A DNA stretch of 32,000 bases from Nitrosococcus oceani ATCC 19707 (GCF_000012805.1 NC_007484.1:1380001-1412000); one strand, 5' to 3'; positions 10,240-19,126 are shown, counted from the stretch's first letter. Numbers and translations are program-made. Notes: a model not told the origin generated them from the sequence alone.

Positions 10240-10992
10240 ATGGGTGCTGGACAAAGGTGGGATCCGGAAGGCTACAGCCGAAATGCGAGCTTTGTATCGG
10301 ATCTGGGAATGCCAGTGCTAGGGTGGCTAAATCCAAAGGCGAACGAGCATATCCTTGATTTAGGCTGTGGCGATGGAGCACTGATGGCAAGGTTAACGGC
10401 ACTAGGGTGTTTCATGGTAGGGGTAGACAGTAGCCCGGAGTTTGTCAATAGGGTAAAAGCCCAAGCCCTAGAGGCTCATGTGATGGATGGTGAGCGGCTT
10501 CAATTTAACCAGGAATTTGATGCCGTTTTTAGTAATGCCGCGCTGCATTGGATGAAACAGCCTGCTGCAGTAATAAGAGGAGTTTGGAAAGCGCTGGTCC
10601 CAGGTGGGAGATTCGTTGGAGAGATGGGAGGGCAAGGGAATATACAGGCTATTGTAACCGCTTTGTATCAAGTATTGAAACAGCGGGGAATCAATCCTTA
10701 TTATCTGGATCCATGGTATTTTCCTGCTGCTGAAGAATATCAACACCAGCTCCAATCCATTGGTTTTCAGGTGAAGCGGATCGTTTTATTTGAACGTCCC
10801 ACTCCGCTACCTACGGATATGAGAGGGTGGCTTATGACCTTTGGCGCGTCTTTTACAGCAAGTCTGCCCAAAGCTGAACAACCCGCGTTCATTAATGAAG
10901 TGTGCGCTGCGCTACAGGCTAAATTGTATCATGGTAACGGTCAATGGATAGCCGACTATATGCGCCTCCGTTTCGAAGCCTATAAACCTTAA
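10240..10992 (+). CDS. Class I SAM-dependent methyltransferase (trans-aconitate methyltransferase-like)
   Basis: Motif I ILDLGCGDGAL, post-I acidic residue (GVDSS), motif II/III region FDAVFSNAALHW...LVPGGRFV. Confidence 0.8.
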   Translation: MGAGQRWDPEGYSRNASFVSDLGMPVLGWLNPKANEHILDLGCGDGALMARLTALGCFMVGVDSSPEFVNRVKAQALEAHVMDGERLQFNQEFDAVFSNAALHWMKQPAAVIRGVWKALVPGGRFVGEMGGQGNIQAIVTALYQVLKQRGINPYYLDPWYFPAAEEYQHQLQSIGFQVKRIVLFERPTPLPTDMRGWLMTFGASFTASLPKAEQPAFINEVCAALQAKLYHGNGQWIADYMRLRFEAYKP

Positions 10993-11020
10993 TTACTCAA
11001 TACGTATTCGCTAGACAACG

Positions 11021-12817
11021 ATGCCCTCAACTCTTCTTATTAGTAGTCAGAATATTAGCAAATCTTATGGAACCCATGCTTTATTTTCTGGTATTTCCTT
11101 GGGGTTTTTCTCCGATGAACGTTTAGGGTTAATTGGCCCTAATGGCTCTGGAAAATCCACCTTATTGAAAATTTTTGCAGGAATTGAGACACCTGACTCA
11201 GGAGAAATAGTTCAGAAGCGAGATGCACTGGTTGTCTATTTACCACAAGAGGATCGCTTCAATCCGGAAGAAAGCGTCGAAGAAATTTTATTCTCCTCCC
11301 TTTCCGAGGAACATAGAGAACCGGAACACTATCAGCGCATTCGGGAAACCATCCGTCGGGTGGCATTTCCGGACAGGGCGCAAAAGGCCGGTACATTATC
11401 GGGAGGATGGCGTAAACGGCTTGCTATTAGCCGAGCGCTTTTACAAGAACCGGATTTATTGCTAATGGATGAGCCTACCAATCATCTGGATATGGAAGGA
11501 ATTTTATGGTTAGAGGAACTGCTTAAAAAAGCCTCCTTTGCTTTTGTGTTGGTGAGTCATGATCGCTATTTTTTGGAAAACGCGACCAACCGCATTGTGG
11601 AGCTAAATCCGCAATATTCTGAAGGCTTCCTAAAGGTGGAAGGAAATTACAGTAGTTTTCTTCAAAAGCGGGAAGAGCTTGTTCAGCAACAAACCCAGCA
11701 GGAGATGGTGCTTTCCAATAAGGTACAGCGAGAGTTGGCATGGTTACGGAGAGGTCCTAAAGCTCGGACCTCGAAAGCACGCTATCGGCTTGATAGTGCT
11801 CAGCAGATGCAAGATGAATTAAGTGCGGTAAAGACCCGCAATGCTCAAGGTCAAACCGCGAGAATTGATTTCGAGGCGACCGAGCGGAAAACCAAAAAGC
11901 TTCTAGAGGCCCGGGATATTGGAATTAGCCGTGGCGGAAAAAAGCTTTTTTCTCATCTTAGCCTGCAGCTTTCTCCAGGCAAGTGTGTAGGTGTATTAGG
12001 GCAGAATGGAAGCGGGAAAAGTACCCTGATTCAGCTGCTAACAGGCGATCTGATTCCTGACTCCGGCACTGTCCAATGGGCAGAGGGAGTTCAAATAGTG
12101 ACTTTCGATCAAAAGCGGGAACAGTTAAATTTTTCTCAAACTTTAAGAGAAGCTTTATGTCCTCTAGGAGATCAGGTGATTTTCCAGGGAACTGCTCTCC
12201 ATGTGGTTTCCTGGGCAAAACGTTTTCTATTTCCAAGCGAAAAATTGAAACTTCCTATTTCCCAACTTTCTGGTGGCGAGCAAGCCCGAGTTTTGCTCGC
12301 TAATTTAATGCTGAAACCGGCGGATATTCTATTATTGGATGAGCCTACTAACGATCTAGATATTCCCACCCTTGAGGTGTTGGAAGAGAGTTTACGGGAT
12401 TTTCCTGGCGCTATTGTTCTCATTACTCATGATCGTTTTCTGCTGGATCGCCTCAGCGACACGCTGCTTTATCTGGATGGCAAGGGAAAGGCGGAGTTCT
12501 TTGCTGATTATCACCAATGGTTTGAGGCTAGAAAGCTCCGGCCTTCCAACAAGGTTTATCCTGACTATACTCCCCCGTCTAAGCAGGAAGCAGCCCAGGG
12601 TCTAAGCTATGAGGAACGAAAAGAGCTCAGCCGAATTGAGAAAAAAATTTTAAAAGCGGAAAAATCTCTGGAAACATTTCAGGAACGACTCCATGATCCT
12701 GAAATTATGAGCGACTCTGAACGCTTAACCACATTATACGCTCAGCTGCAAGAGTCAAAAAATAAGGTTGATAGGTTATATCAGCGATGGGAAGAACTAG
12801 AATTACTAAGACAGTAA
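11021..12817 (+). CDS. ABC-F family ATPase: two ABC cassettes, no transmembrane domain, C-terminal coiled coil (Uup-like)
   Basis: Cassette 1 has GPNGSGKST, LSGGWRKRLAI and LLLMDEPTNHLD. Cassette 2 has GQNGSGKST, LSGGEQARVLL and ILLLDEPTNDLD. A Q/E-rich inter-cassette linker and a K/E-rich C-terminal tail are present. Confidence 0.92.
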   Translation: MPSTLLISSQNISKSYGTHALFSGISLGFFSDERLGLIGPNGSGKSTLLKIFAGIETPDSGEIVQKRDALVVYLPQEDRFNPEESVEEILFSSLSEEHREPEHYQRIRETIRRVAFPDRAQKAGTLSGGWRKRLAISRALLQEPDLLLMDEPTNHLDMEGILWLEELLKKASFAFVLVSHDRYFLENATNRIVELNPQYSEGFLKVEGNYSSFLQKREELVQQQTQQEMVLSNKVQRELAWLRRGPKARTSKARYRLDSAQQMQDELSAVKTRNAQGQTARIDFEATERKTKKLLEARDIGISRGGKKLFSHLSLQLSPGKCVGVLGQNGSGKSTLIQLLTGDLIPDSGTVQWAEGVQIVTFDQKREQLNFSQTLREALCPLGDQVIFQGTALHVVSWAKRFLFPSEKLKLPISQLSGGEQARVLLANLMLKPADILLLDEPTNDLDIPTLEVLEESLRDFPGAIVLITHDRFLLDRLSDTLLYLDGKGKAEFFADYHQWFEARKLRPSNKVYPDYTPPSKQEAAQGLSYEERKELSRIEKKILKAEKSLETFQERLHDPEIMSDSERLTTLYAQLQESKNKVDRLYQRWEELELLRQ

Positions 12818-13285
12818 TTTGTACGTGAGTCTTTAAAGAATGGTTGCTCTGTGTTGAACCCCAAGCCAGTACTTCCACTTTTACGGACGTGGGATAACTT
12901 CACCAGTTTAATATTCCGCGCGGCGGCCGCATTACATCCCGCCTTATAGTCATTTACTTTCTTCTTAGTATTTACTGCTGCACACACTTCTTTCCTCTTT
13001 TTAGATCACCTGATCTTCTGTGTCCAGGATGGTCTAGTTCTTTCAGGGGTAGCTTGTAGATTTGTAAGCAATCAATTTCATGATTACAATCGTTTTTGAG
13101 AATTAAGCTTAACGCTGATTCTTGATAGGATTCAGGAATGTTTTTAAATTGCGTTAATGCCACTTCTTTAAAGTTAAAAAGAATTAGCTCGCTGATATTC
13201 CTGAATAAATCATGAAATTGATATTATTAATATAAATTCGCTTCCATGCTTTTATGCGCTCATCATATTATTAGGAGAGAGAAGA

Positions 13286-14362
13286 ATGAAAAAATTCGCT
13301 TTCTGTTTAGTGCTGCTAATAGGAGCTGCTTATGCTGGCTATGTTCTTGCCGAAAAGGACAGTGACGAGCTGATGCAGCAGGCCCAGTCCCAATTTAAAC
13401 CGATTCCCACCGAGCTGCAGGAGATAGAGGGAATTACTCTGACGCCAGAGAGGATTGAGCTGGGTAAATGGCTTTATTTTGATCCTCGTCTCTCCAAAAG
13501 CTGGCTAATTAGCTGTAATACTTGCCATAATCTTGCCCTTGGTGGGGTGGACCTAGAAGAAACCTCTATTGGCCATGGGTGGGCAAAGGGACCCCGTAAT
13601 GCGCCTACGGTACTTAATTCCGTATTCAATATTGCTCAATTCTGGGATGGACGGGCGGAAGATCTCCAAGCTCAGGCGAAAGGACCGGTGCAGGCGGGCG
13701 TAGAGATGAATAATACGCCGGAGCGGGTGGAGCAGACCCTGAAAAGCATCCCGGAATATGTTCAGCGCTTTCGGAAGGCCTTCCCCGGTGATTCTAACCC
13801 CGTCACTTTCGATAATATGGCGGATGCTATCGAAGCTTTTGAGGCTACCTTACTGACTCCTGGATCTCCTTTTGATAAATACCTTAATGGTGATTCTCAG
13901 GCACTATCGAAAGCGCAAAAAAAGGGGCTTAAACTTTTTATGAATAAAGGCTGTTCAACTTGCCACAATGGGATTAATGTGGGCGGGGGAAGCTACCATC
14001 CCTTTGGTGTCGTAGAAAAACCCGGCAGCAAAATACTTCCGGAGGCAGACAAGGGGCGGTTTGTGGTGACGGAGACAGCCAGCGATAAGTACGTTTTCAA
14101 AGTTCCTTCCTTGCGTAATATAGAGTTAACCCCTCCCTATTTTCATTCTGGACAGGTGTGGGATCTAGAACAGGCGGTTGCTATTATGGGCTCATCACAG
14201 CTTGGTATAAAACTTAGCCGTAATGAAACCGCCGCTATTGTGACTTTTTTGAAAACCCTAACTGGCGAGCAGCCTAGGGTGGAATATCCTATTCTTCCAC
14301 CCCACACTAAAGGAACTCCACTTCCGGTGACAGGGGTTTCCGGTAATGTTGCCGGACATTAA
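13286..14362 (+). CDS. Di-haem cytochrome c peroxidase (CCP/MauG family), periplasmic
   Basis: AGGAGAGAG Shine-Dalgarno. Signal peptide MKKFAFCLVLLIGAAYAGYVLA. Two CxxCH haem motifs (CNTCHN at 13514-13528, CSTCHN). Family motifs GPRNAPTVLN, AQFWDGRA and PSLRNIELTPPYFHSG. Confidence 0.92.
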   Translation: MKKFAFCLVLLIGAAYAGYVLAEKDSDELMQQAQSQFKPIPTELQEIEGITLTPERIELGKWLYFDPRLSKSWLISCNTCHNLALGGVDLEETSIGHGWAKGPRNAPTVLNSVFNIAQFWDGRAEDLQAQAKGPVQAGVEMNNTPERVEQTLKSIPEYVQRFRKAFPGDSNPVTFDNMADAIEAFEATLLTPGSPFDKYLNGDSQALSKAQKKGLKLFMNKGCSTCHNGINVGGGSYHPFGVVEKPGSKILPEADKGRFVVTETASDKYVFKVPSLRNIELTPPYFHSGQVWDLEQAVAIMGSSQLGIKLSRNETAAIVTFLKTLTGEQPRVEYPILPPHTKGTPLPVTGVSGNVAGH

Positions 14363-14417
14363 TTAATCCTATTTTAAAATAATTAAGCATGCTCCCTCCA
14401 GTTAGGGCGCAAGAAGC

Positions 14418-14451
14418 CTCCTCTTGAACCCCTAAAGCGGTTCAAGAGGAG
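14418..14451. terminator. Hairpin between convergent genes (candidate bidirectional intrinsic terminator)
   Basis: Perfect 13-bp stem, CTCCTCTTGAACC (14418-14430) paired with GGTTCAAGAGGAG (14439-14451), with an 8-nt loop CCTAAAGC. It sits between the CCP stop (14362) and the O-methyltransferase stop (14461). There is no strong U-tract on either side, so termination efficiency is uncertain. Confidence 0.5.
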
Positions 14452-14460
14452 ATCCTCTCT

Positions 14461-15123
14461 TTAGCGCTTTCGAGCTAAGGTTAGCCCATCGGCAATGGGG
14501 ACCATGCTCAGGGTAACCCGTTCGTCTTCAAGCCGGGCTAAATTAAAGTCACGGATAGCACCCGTGTCTTCATCGGTGAAGCTAGGGTCAATGACTCTTC
14601 CATTACGCAATACATTATCGACGGCGATAAGGCCGCCTGGCCGCAGTAGTTCCAATGACCGCTGATAATAGTCTTCGTATTCTTCTTTCTGGGCATCGAT
14701 AAAGGCAAAGTCAAAGGTGCCAGCTTCTCCCCCTTCGATGAGTTGCTCGAGGGTTTGGATGGCTGGTCCTAAACGTAAATCGATCTTATTGGCGACCCCT
14801 GCTCGTTGCCAGTAGCGCTGAGCAACCGCAGTCCAGTCAGGATTAATATCACAGGCCACAAGCCGTCCTGCTGGGGGAAGGGCAAGGGCCGTCCAAAGGG
14901 CGCTATAGCCAGTAAAAACCCCTACTTCCAGGGTTTTTTGGGCGCCTAATAATTCTATGAGCAGAGCCATGAATTGTCCTTGCTCGGGGGAGATCTGCAT
15001 ATTGGCTCTAGGCATGGTTGAAGTTTCTTCCCTCAGTTCCCGTAGGATCTCCGGCTCCCGCAGGGAAACGGAAAGCAGGTAATCGTAGAGATCATCGGTA
15101 ATTTGGATTGTTTTCATGGACAT
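14461..15123 (-). CDS. Class I SAM-dependent O-methyltransferase (caffeoyl-CoA O-methyltransferase family, family 3)
   Basis: 220 aa. Typical family-3 motifs: TLEVGVFTGYSAL, FDFAFIDAQKEEY, LLRPGGLIAVDNVL. AGGAGA Shine-Dalgarno upstream. Same strand as thiD and 83 bp downstream of it. Confidence 0.88.
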   Translation of the reverse strand: MSMKTIQITDDLYDYLLSVSLREPEILRELREETSTMPRANMQISPEQGQFMALLIELLGAQKTLEVGVFTGYSALWTALALPPAGRLVACDINPDWTAVAQRYWQRAGVANKIDLRLGPAIQTLEQLIEGGEAGTFDFAFIDAQKEEYEDYYQRSLELLRPGGLIAVDNVLRNGRVIDPSFTDEDTGAIRDFNLARLEDERVTLSMVPIADGLTLARKR

Positions 15124-15206
15124 ACGCTGTTTTTCTCCTGTTTGAAAATGAAGTTATTAAGCTTGCTTTGGGGGCTGATTAAAATTCGTAGGGTATTTGA
15201 GAAGGA

Positions 15207-16010
15207 TTAAATCTCAAATGGGCTTACAGTATGGGTATGGTTGAGGGGACCTTGGCCTTTTCCATAGCCAGGGGCAAGGCGAATGGCCTCCTGCACATAG
15301 GCGTGGGCCCGCCGAACCGCTTTGGGAAGGGGACGGTTTTGGGCAAGTCCGGCGGCAATGGCCGAAGCCAGCGTACATCCCGTGCCATGGGTGTGGGGAG
15401 AGGCGATACGTTGGACTTGGAAGCTTTCTTGATAATCTTGCGTTATCAGTAAATCATGAAGTTGACGGCCAGGAAGATGTCCCCCTTTAAGCAGGACGCC
15501 GGCAGGACCTAGCGCCAGCAATGCGCTTGCTGCCTGCGACATGACTTCAGGGCGGTCGATTTTGAAATCGGAGAGTGCTTCGGCCTCCGGGATATTGGGC
15601 GTAATAAGGGTTGCCCGGGGGAGCAAGCGTTGCTTTAGCACCCTGAGGGCTGCAGGATCGAGTAGGGAAGTGCCGTCTTTAGCAATCATGACCGGGTCAA
15701 GAAGAAGAGGAATGTTCCCGGCTAGCTCATCTATAATATTGGCGACTGCTTCAATGACTGCCGTTGAATGCAGCATCCCAATTTTGATACAGTCGGCGCC
15801 AATGTCCGTCAATACCCGTCTTGCCTGTTCCGCAATAAAATCAGGTGCTATGGGCAATATCCCAAAGACTCCCCGGGTATTTTGGGCGGTGAGAGCGGTA
15901 ATTGCCGTGGCTCCATAGCCTCCAAGGGCCGTCACAGTTTTAATATCCGCCTGGATTCCAGCACCGCCCCCTGAATCCGAGCCGGCAATAATCAGGACGC
16001 GACCGTGCAT
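15207..16010 (-). CDS. thiD: Hydroxymethylpyrimidine/phosphomethylpyrimidine kinase
   Basis: N-terminus [51 protein letters not shown], and C-terminal [13 protein letters not shown], all hallmark ThiD/PdxK-fold motifs. Confidence 0.95.
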   Translation of the reverse strand: MHGRVLIIAGSDSGGGAGIQADIKTVTALGGYGATAITALTAQNTRGVFGILPIAPDFIAEQARRVLTDIGADCIKIGMLHSTAVIEAVANIIDELAGNIPLLLDPVMIAKDGTSLLDPAALRVLKQRLLPRATLITPNIPEAEALSDFKIDRPEVMSQAASALLALGPAGVLLKGGHLPGRQLHDLLITQDYQESFQVQRIASPHTHGTGCTLASAIAAGLAQNRPLPKAVRRAHAYVQEAIRLAPGYGKGQGPLNHTHTVSPFEI

Positions 16011-16153
16011 AATCCGCTAAATTCTCCCGGATAGGCACCTTGCTGCCATTCGGTCGTCTGAGTCTTCCAATCTGCTTTCTCGCTCATCCCTGAATTATAT
16101 CTTCTGCCCCCCCTTAAACCAAGTTTACGGGCTTTTGCTGGAAGGATCGTTCT

Positions 16154-16183
16154 TTGACACGCCGAGCGTCCCAATTCTATATC
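16154..16183 (+). promoter_or_regulatory. Sigma70-like promoter, copy 1 (TTGACA-N18-TATATC)
   Basis: Consensus -35 TTGACA at 16154-16159, an 18-nt spacer, then TATATC at 16178-16183. Prediction by eye only. Confidence 0.35.
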
Positions 16184-16355
16184 CAGCCTTGGCGTTCCGT
16201 TAAATTTATAAATTCGTACTAGGCTTCCAATTTTTAAAGTTACCCCTGAAAAGGTCGTTGCATAGAGTTATCAAATGCGGTTTTTGAGAGTGAGAATTCC
16301 TATGAGAGAGGGATATAAGTGATACCCAACCAGCTTTTGCTGGAAGGATCGTTCT

Positions 16356-16385
16356 TTGACACGCCGAGCGTCCCAATTCTATATC
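16356..16385 (+). promoter_or_regulatory. Sigma70-like promoter, copy 2 (identical, +202 bp), about 136 nt upstream of the GTG at 16521
   Basis: Same TTGACA-N18-TATATC within the second repeat unit (16356-16361 and 16380-16385). Confidence 0.35.
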
Positions 16386-16520
16386 CAGCCTTGGCGTTCC
16401 GTTAAATTTATAAATTCGTACTAGGCTTCCAATTTTTAAAGTTACCCCTGAAAAGGTCGTTGCATAGAGTTATCAAATGCGGTTTTTGAGAGTGAGAATT
16501 CCTATGAGAGAGGGATATAA

Positions 16521-18329
16521 GTGATACCCAACCAGACGGTTAGCAGGGCCCAAGGAAATGTGCCCCAATCCCAATGGGAGGCAGGGGATTTACTGGTGGC
16601 CTATTTAGCTCAATTATCGGTGGACTATGTGTTCGGGGTGCCGGGAGGAGCTATTGAGCCCTTGTACAATGCCTTGGCTCGCAGCGCCCGCAAGGGGGGC
16701 CCGCGAGCAGTAGTTGCCCGCCATGAAACCGGGGCAGCCTTTATGGCGGATGGCTATGGACGCCAGACAGGCAAACTGGCTGTTTGCTGCGCCACGACCG
16801 GGCCGGGCGCCACTAATCTCATCACAGGGGTTGCTTCGGCCTACGAAAATCGTATTCCCATGCTGGTGATTACTGCTCAGACGGCCTTAAGTCATTTTGG
16901 GCGAGGAGCCTTACAAGAGTCTTCCTGCACTGGCATTGATACCGTGAACCTGTTTCAACATTGCACCCGCTATAGCACTTTGGTCTCCCATGTGGCGCAA
17001 TTGGAGCATAAACTCAGTACGGCGATCATGACAGCCTATCAGTCTCCCAATGGTCCCACTCATCTGAGTATTCCTTTGGATATATTACGCAGTGCCGCCC
17101 CGGTTAAAATCCCTTCCTATCAGCTTGCTGCCCTATTACATCACCCTGCCTTACTGGATGAGAATATGATCGAAGCCCTTTGTGATCAGATTGCCTCGGC
17201 GAAAAAAGTAGTATTTGTGGTGGGGGAAGATTGCCGCGAAGCAATTGACGCTATTCTGGATCTGGCCTTTTTAATTCAGTCGGACGTGGTCACTACGCCC
17301 CATGGCAAAGGATTAGTTAGTCCTTATCACCCCTTATTCCGTGGTGTTATTGGTTTTGCTGGACACCGGAGTGCCAGTGAGATTCTATCCGATCCAGAAG
17401 TAGACACCGTGGTGGTGTTTGGCGCCAACCTGGGAGAGTGGGCAAGTAATGGTTGGGACACCGAAGCTCTTTTGAATGATCGTCTCATCCATGTGGAGAA
17501 TACCCAAGAAAACTTGACCCGTACTCCCATGGCGCGCTTGCATGTACGGGGCACCCTTACCACGATTTGCGAGCGGGTCTTGAGCTACCTTCGCCAGCGC
17601 TTACCGACAGAAGAGGAACGGGCGCCTGGGGTAGAACGCAGGCAGCCCGATTCCCCCCTGCGGGAAGCCTTAAGGCAAGAGCCAAAACGGCGCTTCCAGT
17701 TTGATGAGGAAGCAAAATACCACGATAACTCTACCCCCATCAAGCCGCAGCGATTAATGAAGGAGCTTACCCGGCTGTTTCCCTCAAATACTCGTTTCCT
17801 AGCTGATTCAGGAAATAGCATAGCTTGGGCAATCCACTACTTACAGCCCTCCTGGCAGTCTGATAGGAATGGGGAGCCATTTCGCGGCTGCTTGGATTTT
17901 GCTGCCATGGGTTGGGCGATTGGCGCCGCCGTGGGCAGTGCTTTGGGCGCTCCAGGTAATCCGGTGGTCTGCATCACGGGGGATGGTAGCTGGCTCATGA
18001 GTGGCCAAGAAATCACCGTGGCAAGCCAGGAACAACTGCCCGTGATTTTCATTATCCTCAATGATGCGGCCTTGGGGATGGTAAAGCATGGCCAGCGGTT
18101 AGCCCAGGCCGAGGCTGTCGGCTTTGAACTCCCCGCAATCAACTATTGTGCTTATGGGGAAGCTATGGGGGTGCCCAGCCATATTATCCGTTCTCCCCAG
18201 GATCTTATGGTGCTTGATATTAAGGCCATTTGTAAACGGCAAGGTCCCACGCTTTTGGACGTGCGAGTTGATCCGGAGGAAGTGCCCCCCATGAAAACCC
18301 GGATGAAGGTATTGGGAGGGGCTCAATGA
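16521..18329 (+). CDS. Thiamine-pyrophosphate-dependent enzyme of the acetolactate synthase / 2-hydroxyacyl-CoA lyase superfamily; substrate unknown
   Basis: N-terminal Pyr domain (VFGVPGGAIEPLY, RHETGAAFMADGYGR with the catalytic Glu, TTGPGATNL, PMLVITAQ). C-terminal PP domain with the TPP/Mg motif GDGSWLM...LNDAALGMV. GTG start preceded by GAGAGAGGGA. An alternative GTG lies at 16560. It is not next to an ilvN/ilvH small subunit, so it is probably not the anabolic acetolactate synthase. Confidence 0.88.
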   Translation: MIPNQTVSRAQGNVPQSQWEAGDLLVAYLAQLSVDYVFGVPGGAIEPLYNALARSARKGGPRAVVARHETGAAFMADGYGRQTGKLAVCCATTGPGATNLITGVASAYENRIPMLVITAQTALSHFGRGALQESSCTGIDTVNLFQHCTRYSTLVSHVAQLEHKLSTAIMTAYQSPNGPTHLSIPLDILRSAAPVKIPSYQLAALLHHPALLDENMIEALCDQIASAKKVVFVVGEDCREAIDAILDLAFLIQSDVVTTPHGKGLVSPYHPLFRGVIGFAGHRSASEILSDPEVDTVVVFGANLGEWASNGWDTEALLNDRLIHVENTQENLTRTPMARLHVRGTLTTICERVLSYLRQRLPTEEERAPGVERRQPDSPLREALRQEPKRRFQFDEEAKYHDNSTPIKPQRLMKELTRLFPSNTRFLADSGNSIAWAIHYLQPSWQSDRNGEPFRGCLDFAAMGWAIGAAVGSALGAPGNPVVCITGDGSWLMSGQEITVASQEQLPVIFIILNDAALGMVKHGQRLAQAEAVGFELPAINYCAYGEAMGVPSHIIRSPQDLMVLDIKAICKRQGPTLLDVRVDPEEVPPMKTRMKVLGGAQ

Positions 18330-19126
18330 ACGAAAAACGAGAACTTATCCATAGCCAGATCTGGGAAGAAGTGGCAGCGCCGGATAATCCCTTTGCCGCT
18401 GCCGCTTGCTACTGTTCCGGTTACGATGTCTACGGTGATTTGCTGGGCAAGGCCAGTTGGGTTGAATATTTATACTTGCTCTTTAAGCGAGAGCGCCCTT
18501 CCTCCGCGGAGGCCAGGCTCTTGGAGGGACTCGCGGTTGCTATCGCTAATCCAGGTCCCCGGGATCACAGTATTCGTGCCGCCATGTGTGCCGGGGTCGG
18601 GGGGTCCACTGCCGCTTCATCTTTGATGGCTGCGCTTGCGGTGGGCGCCGGTCAGCTAAATGGTGCCCGTGAAGTAGCGTTAGCAATGGCCTCGTGGCAA
18701 GAATGCGGTAAAAATTTAATGGCCTGGCAGGAACGTCTCCAACATCTCCCACAAGAGGAACGGGCAGATGTCTGGCTGTCCCTGGAGCATCCTCCCGGTT
18801 TTGATCCCCATGGCGCCAGTTGCGCCACGCCAGTGCAGCAAACCTTAGCTTTTCTCGTAAAGAATAGTCCAGGAGAAACGCTCCCCTGGTTACAAACCCA
18901 TCGGCTGGAACTTGAGGCTGCGGCAAACTCCCCCTTGGCAATGACCGGGGTAGCGGCTGCGGCGATGATTGATCTGGATTTCAACATGCAGCAGAGTGAA
19001 ATGCTGTACTTGTTACTACGTTTGCCTGGAGCTGCCGCCCATGCCTTGGAACAGCAGGCATATGGTTGGCGGCGTTATCCATTTTTTAGTCATGGCCTTG
19101 AATTGAGCGATGAACTGCAAGGGTAG
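18326..19126 (+). CDS. Divergent citrate synthase / citryl-CoA lyase-fold protein, paralog A
   Basis: ATG overlaps the upstream stop (ATGA), with GGGAGGGG Shine-Dalgarno. The pattern GYDVYGDLLGK.SW.EYLYLLF....PS..EARLLEGLAVA.ANPGPRDHS.RAA....G.....S..MAALAVGAGQLNGAREVA matches the short (~260 aa) citryl-CoA-lyase-like family as I remember it. The expected HGGA motif reads LNGA. The fold assignment is from recollection only. Confidence 0.6.
   Translation: MNEKRELIHSQIWEEVAAPDNPFAAAACYCSGYDVYGDLLGKASWVEYLYLLFKRERPSSAEARLLEGLAVAIANPGPRDHSIRAAMCAGVGGSTAASSLMAALAVGAGQLNGAREVALAMASWQECGKNLMAWQERLQHLPQEERADVWLSLEHPPGFDPHGASCATPVQQTLAFLVKNSPGETLPWLQTHRLELEAAANSPLAMTGVAAAAMIDLDFNMQQSEMLYLLLRLPGAAAHALEQQAYGWRRYPFFSHGLELSDELQG

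Larger units (their letters stand above)
16132..16535 (+). repeat. Perfect head-to-tail tandem duplication, 2 x 202 bp (16132-16333 and 16334-16535)
   Basis: Base-by-base reading shows the two units are identical (CTTTTGCTGGAAGGATCG...GATATAAGTGATACCCAACCAG). Each unit carries a promoter-like element, an AATTTATAAATT palindrome, a Shine-Dalgarno-like GAGAGAGGGA, and GTG plus the first five codons of the downstream TPP-enzyme gene. Confidence 0.95.

Noticed and set aside
12781-12987. TnpB/IS605-family C-terminal remnant, suggested by AGCNAAAARNI resembling the D.NAA.NI motif
   Set aside because: The match covers only about 6 residues. There is no zinc-ribbon CxxC pair, no RuvC motifs upstream and no transposon ends. 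That is too weak to call, so it is kept only as an unassigned possible remnant.
13218-13231. FNR/ANR box upstream of the cytochrome c peroxidase gene (TTGAT-ATTA-TTAAT)
   Set aside because: Only the left half-site matches TTGAT-N4-ATCAA, and the right half matches 2 of 5. The region is very AT-rich, so chance similarity is likely.
16011-16131. Possible TPP (THI-box) riboswitch in the leader of thiD on the minus strand
   Set aside because: Reading the reverse complement, I find a G-run (GGGGGGGCAG). I do not find the conserved CUGAGA element or the ACCUGAUCUGGAUAAUGCCAGCG-like pyrimidine-sensing helix. An Infernal scan with the TPP model would settle it.
16132-16535. CRISPR array or minisatellite
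   Set aside because: There are only two units. They are 202 bp long and directly abutting, with no spacers. The content is promoter, leader and gene start, so this is a segmental tandem duplication.
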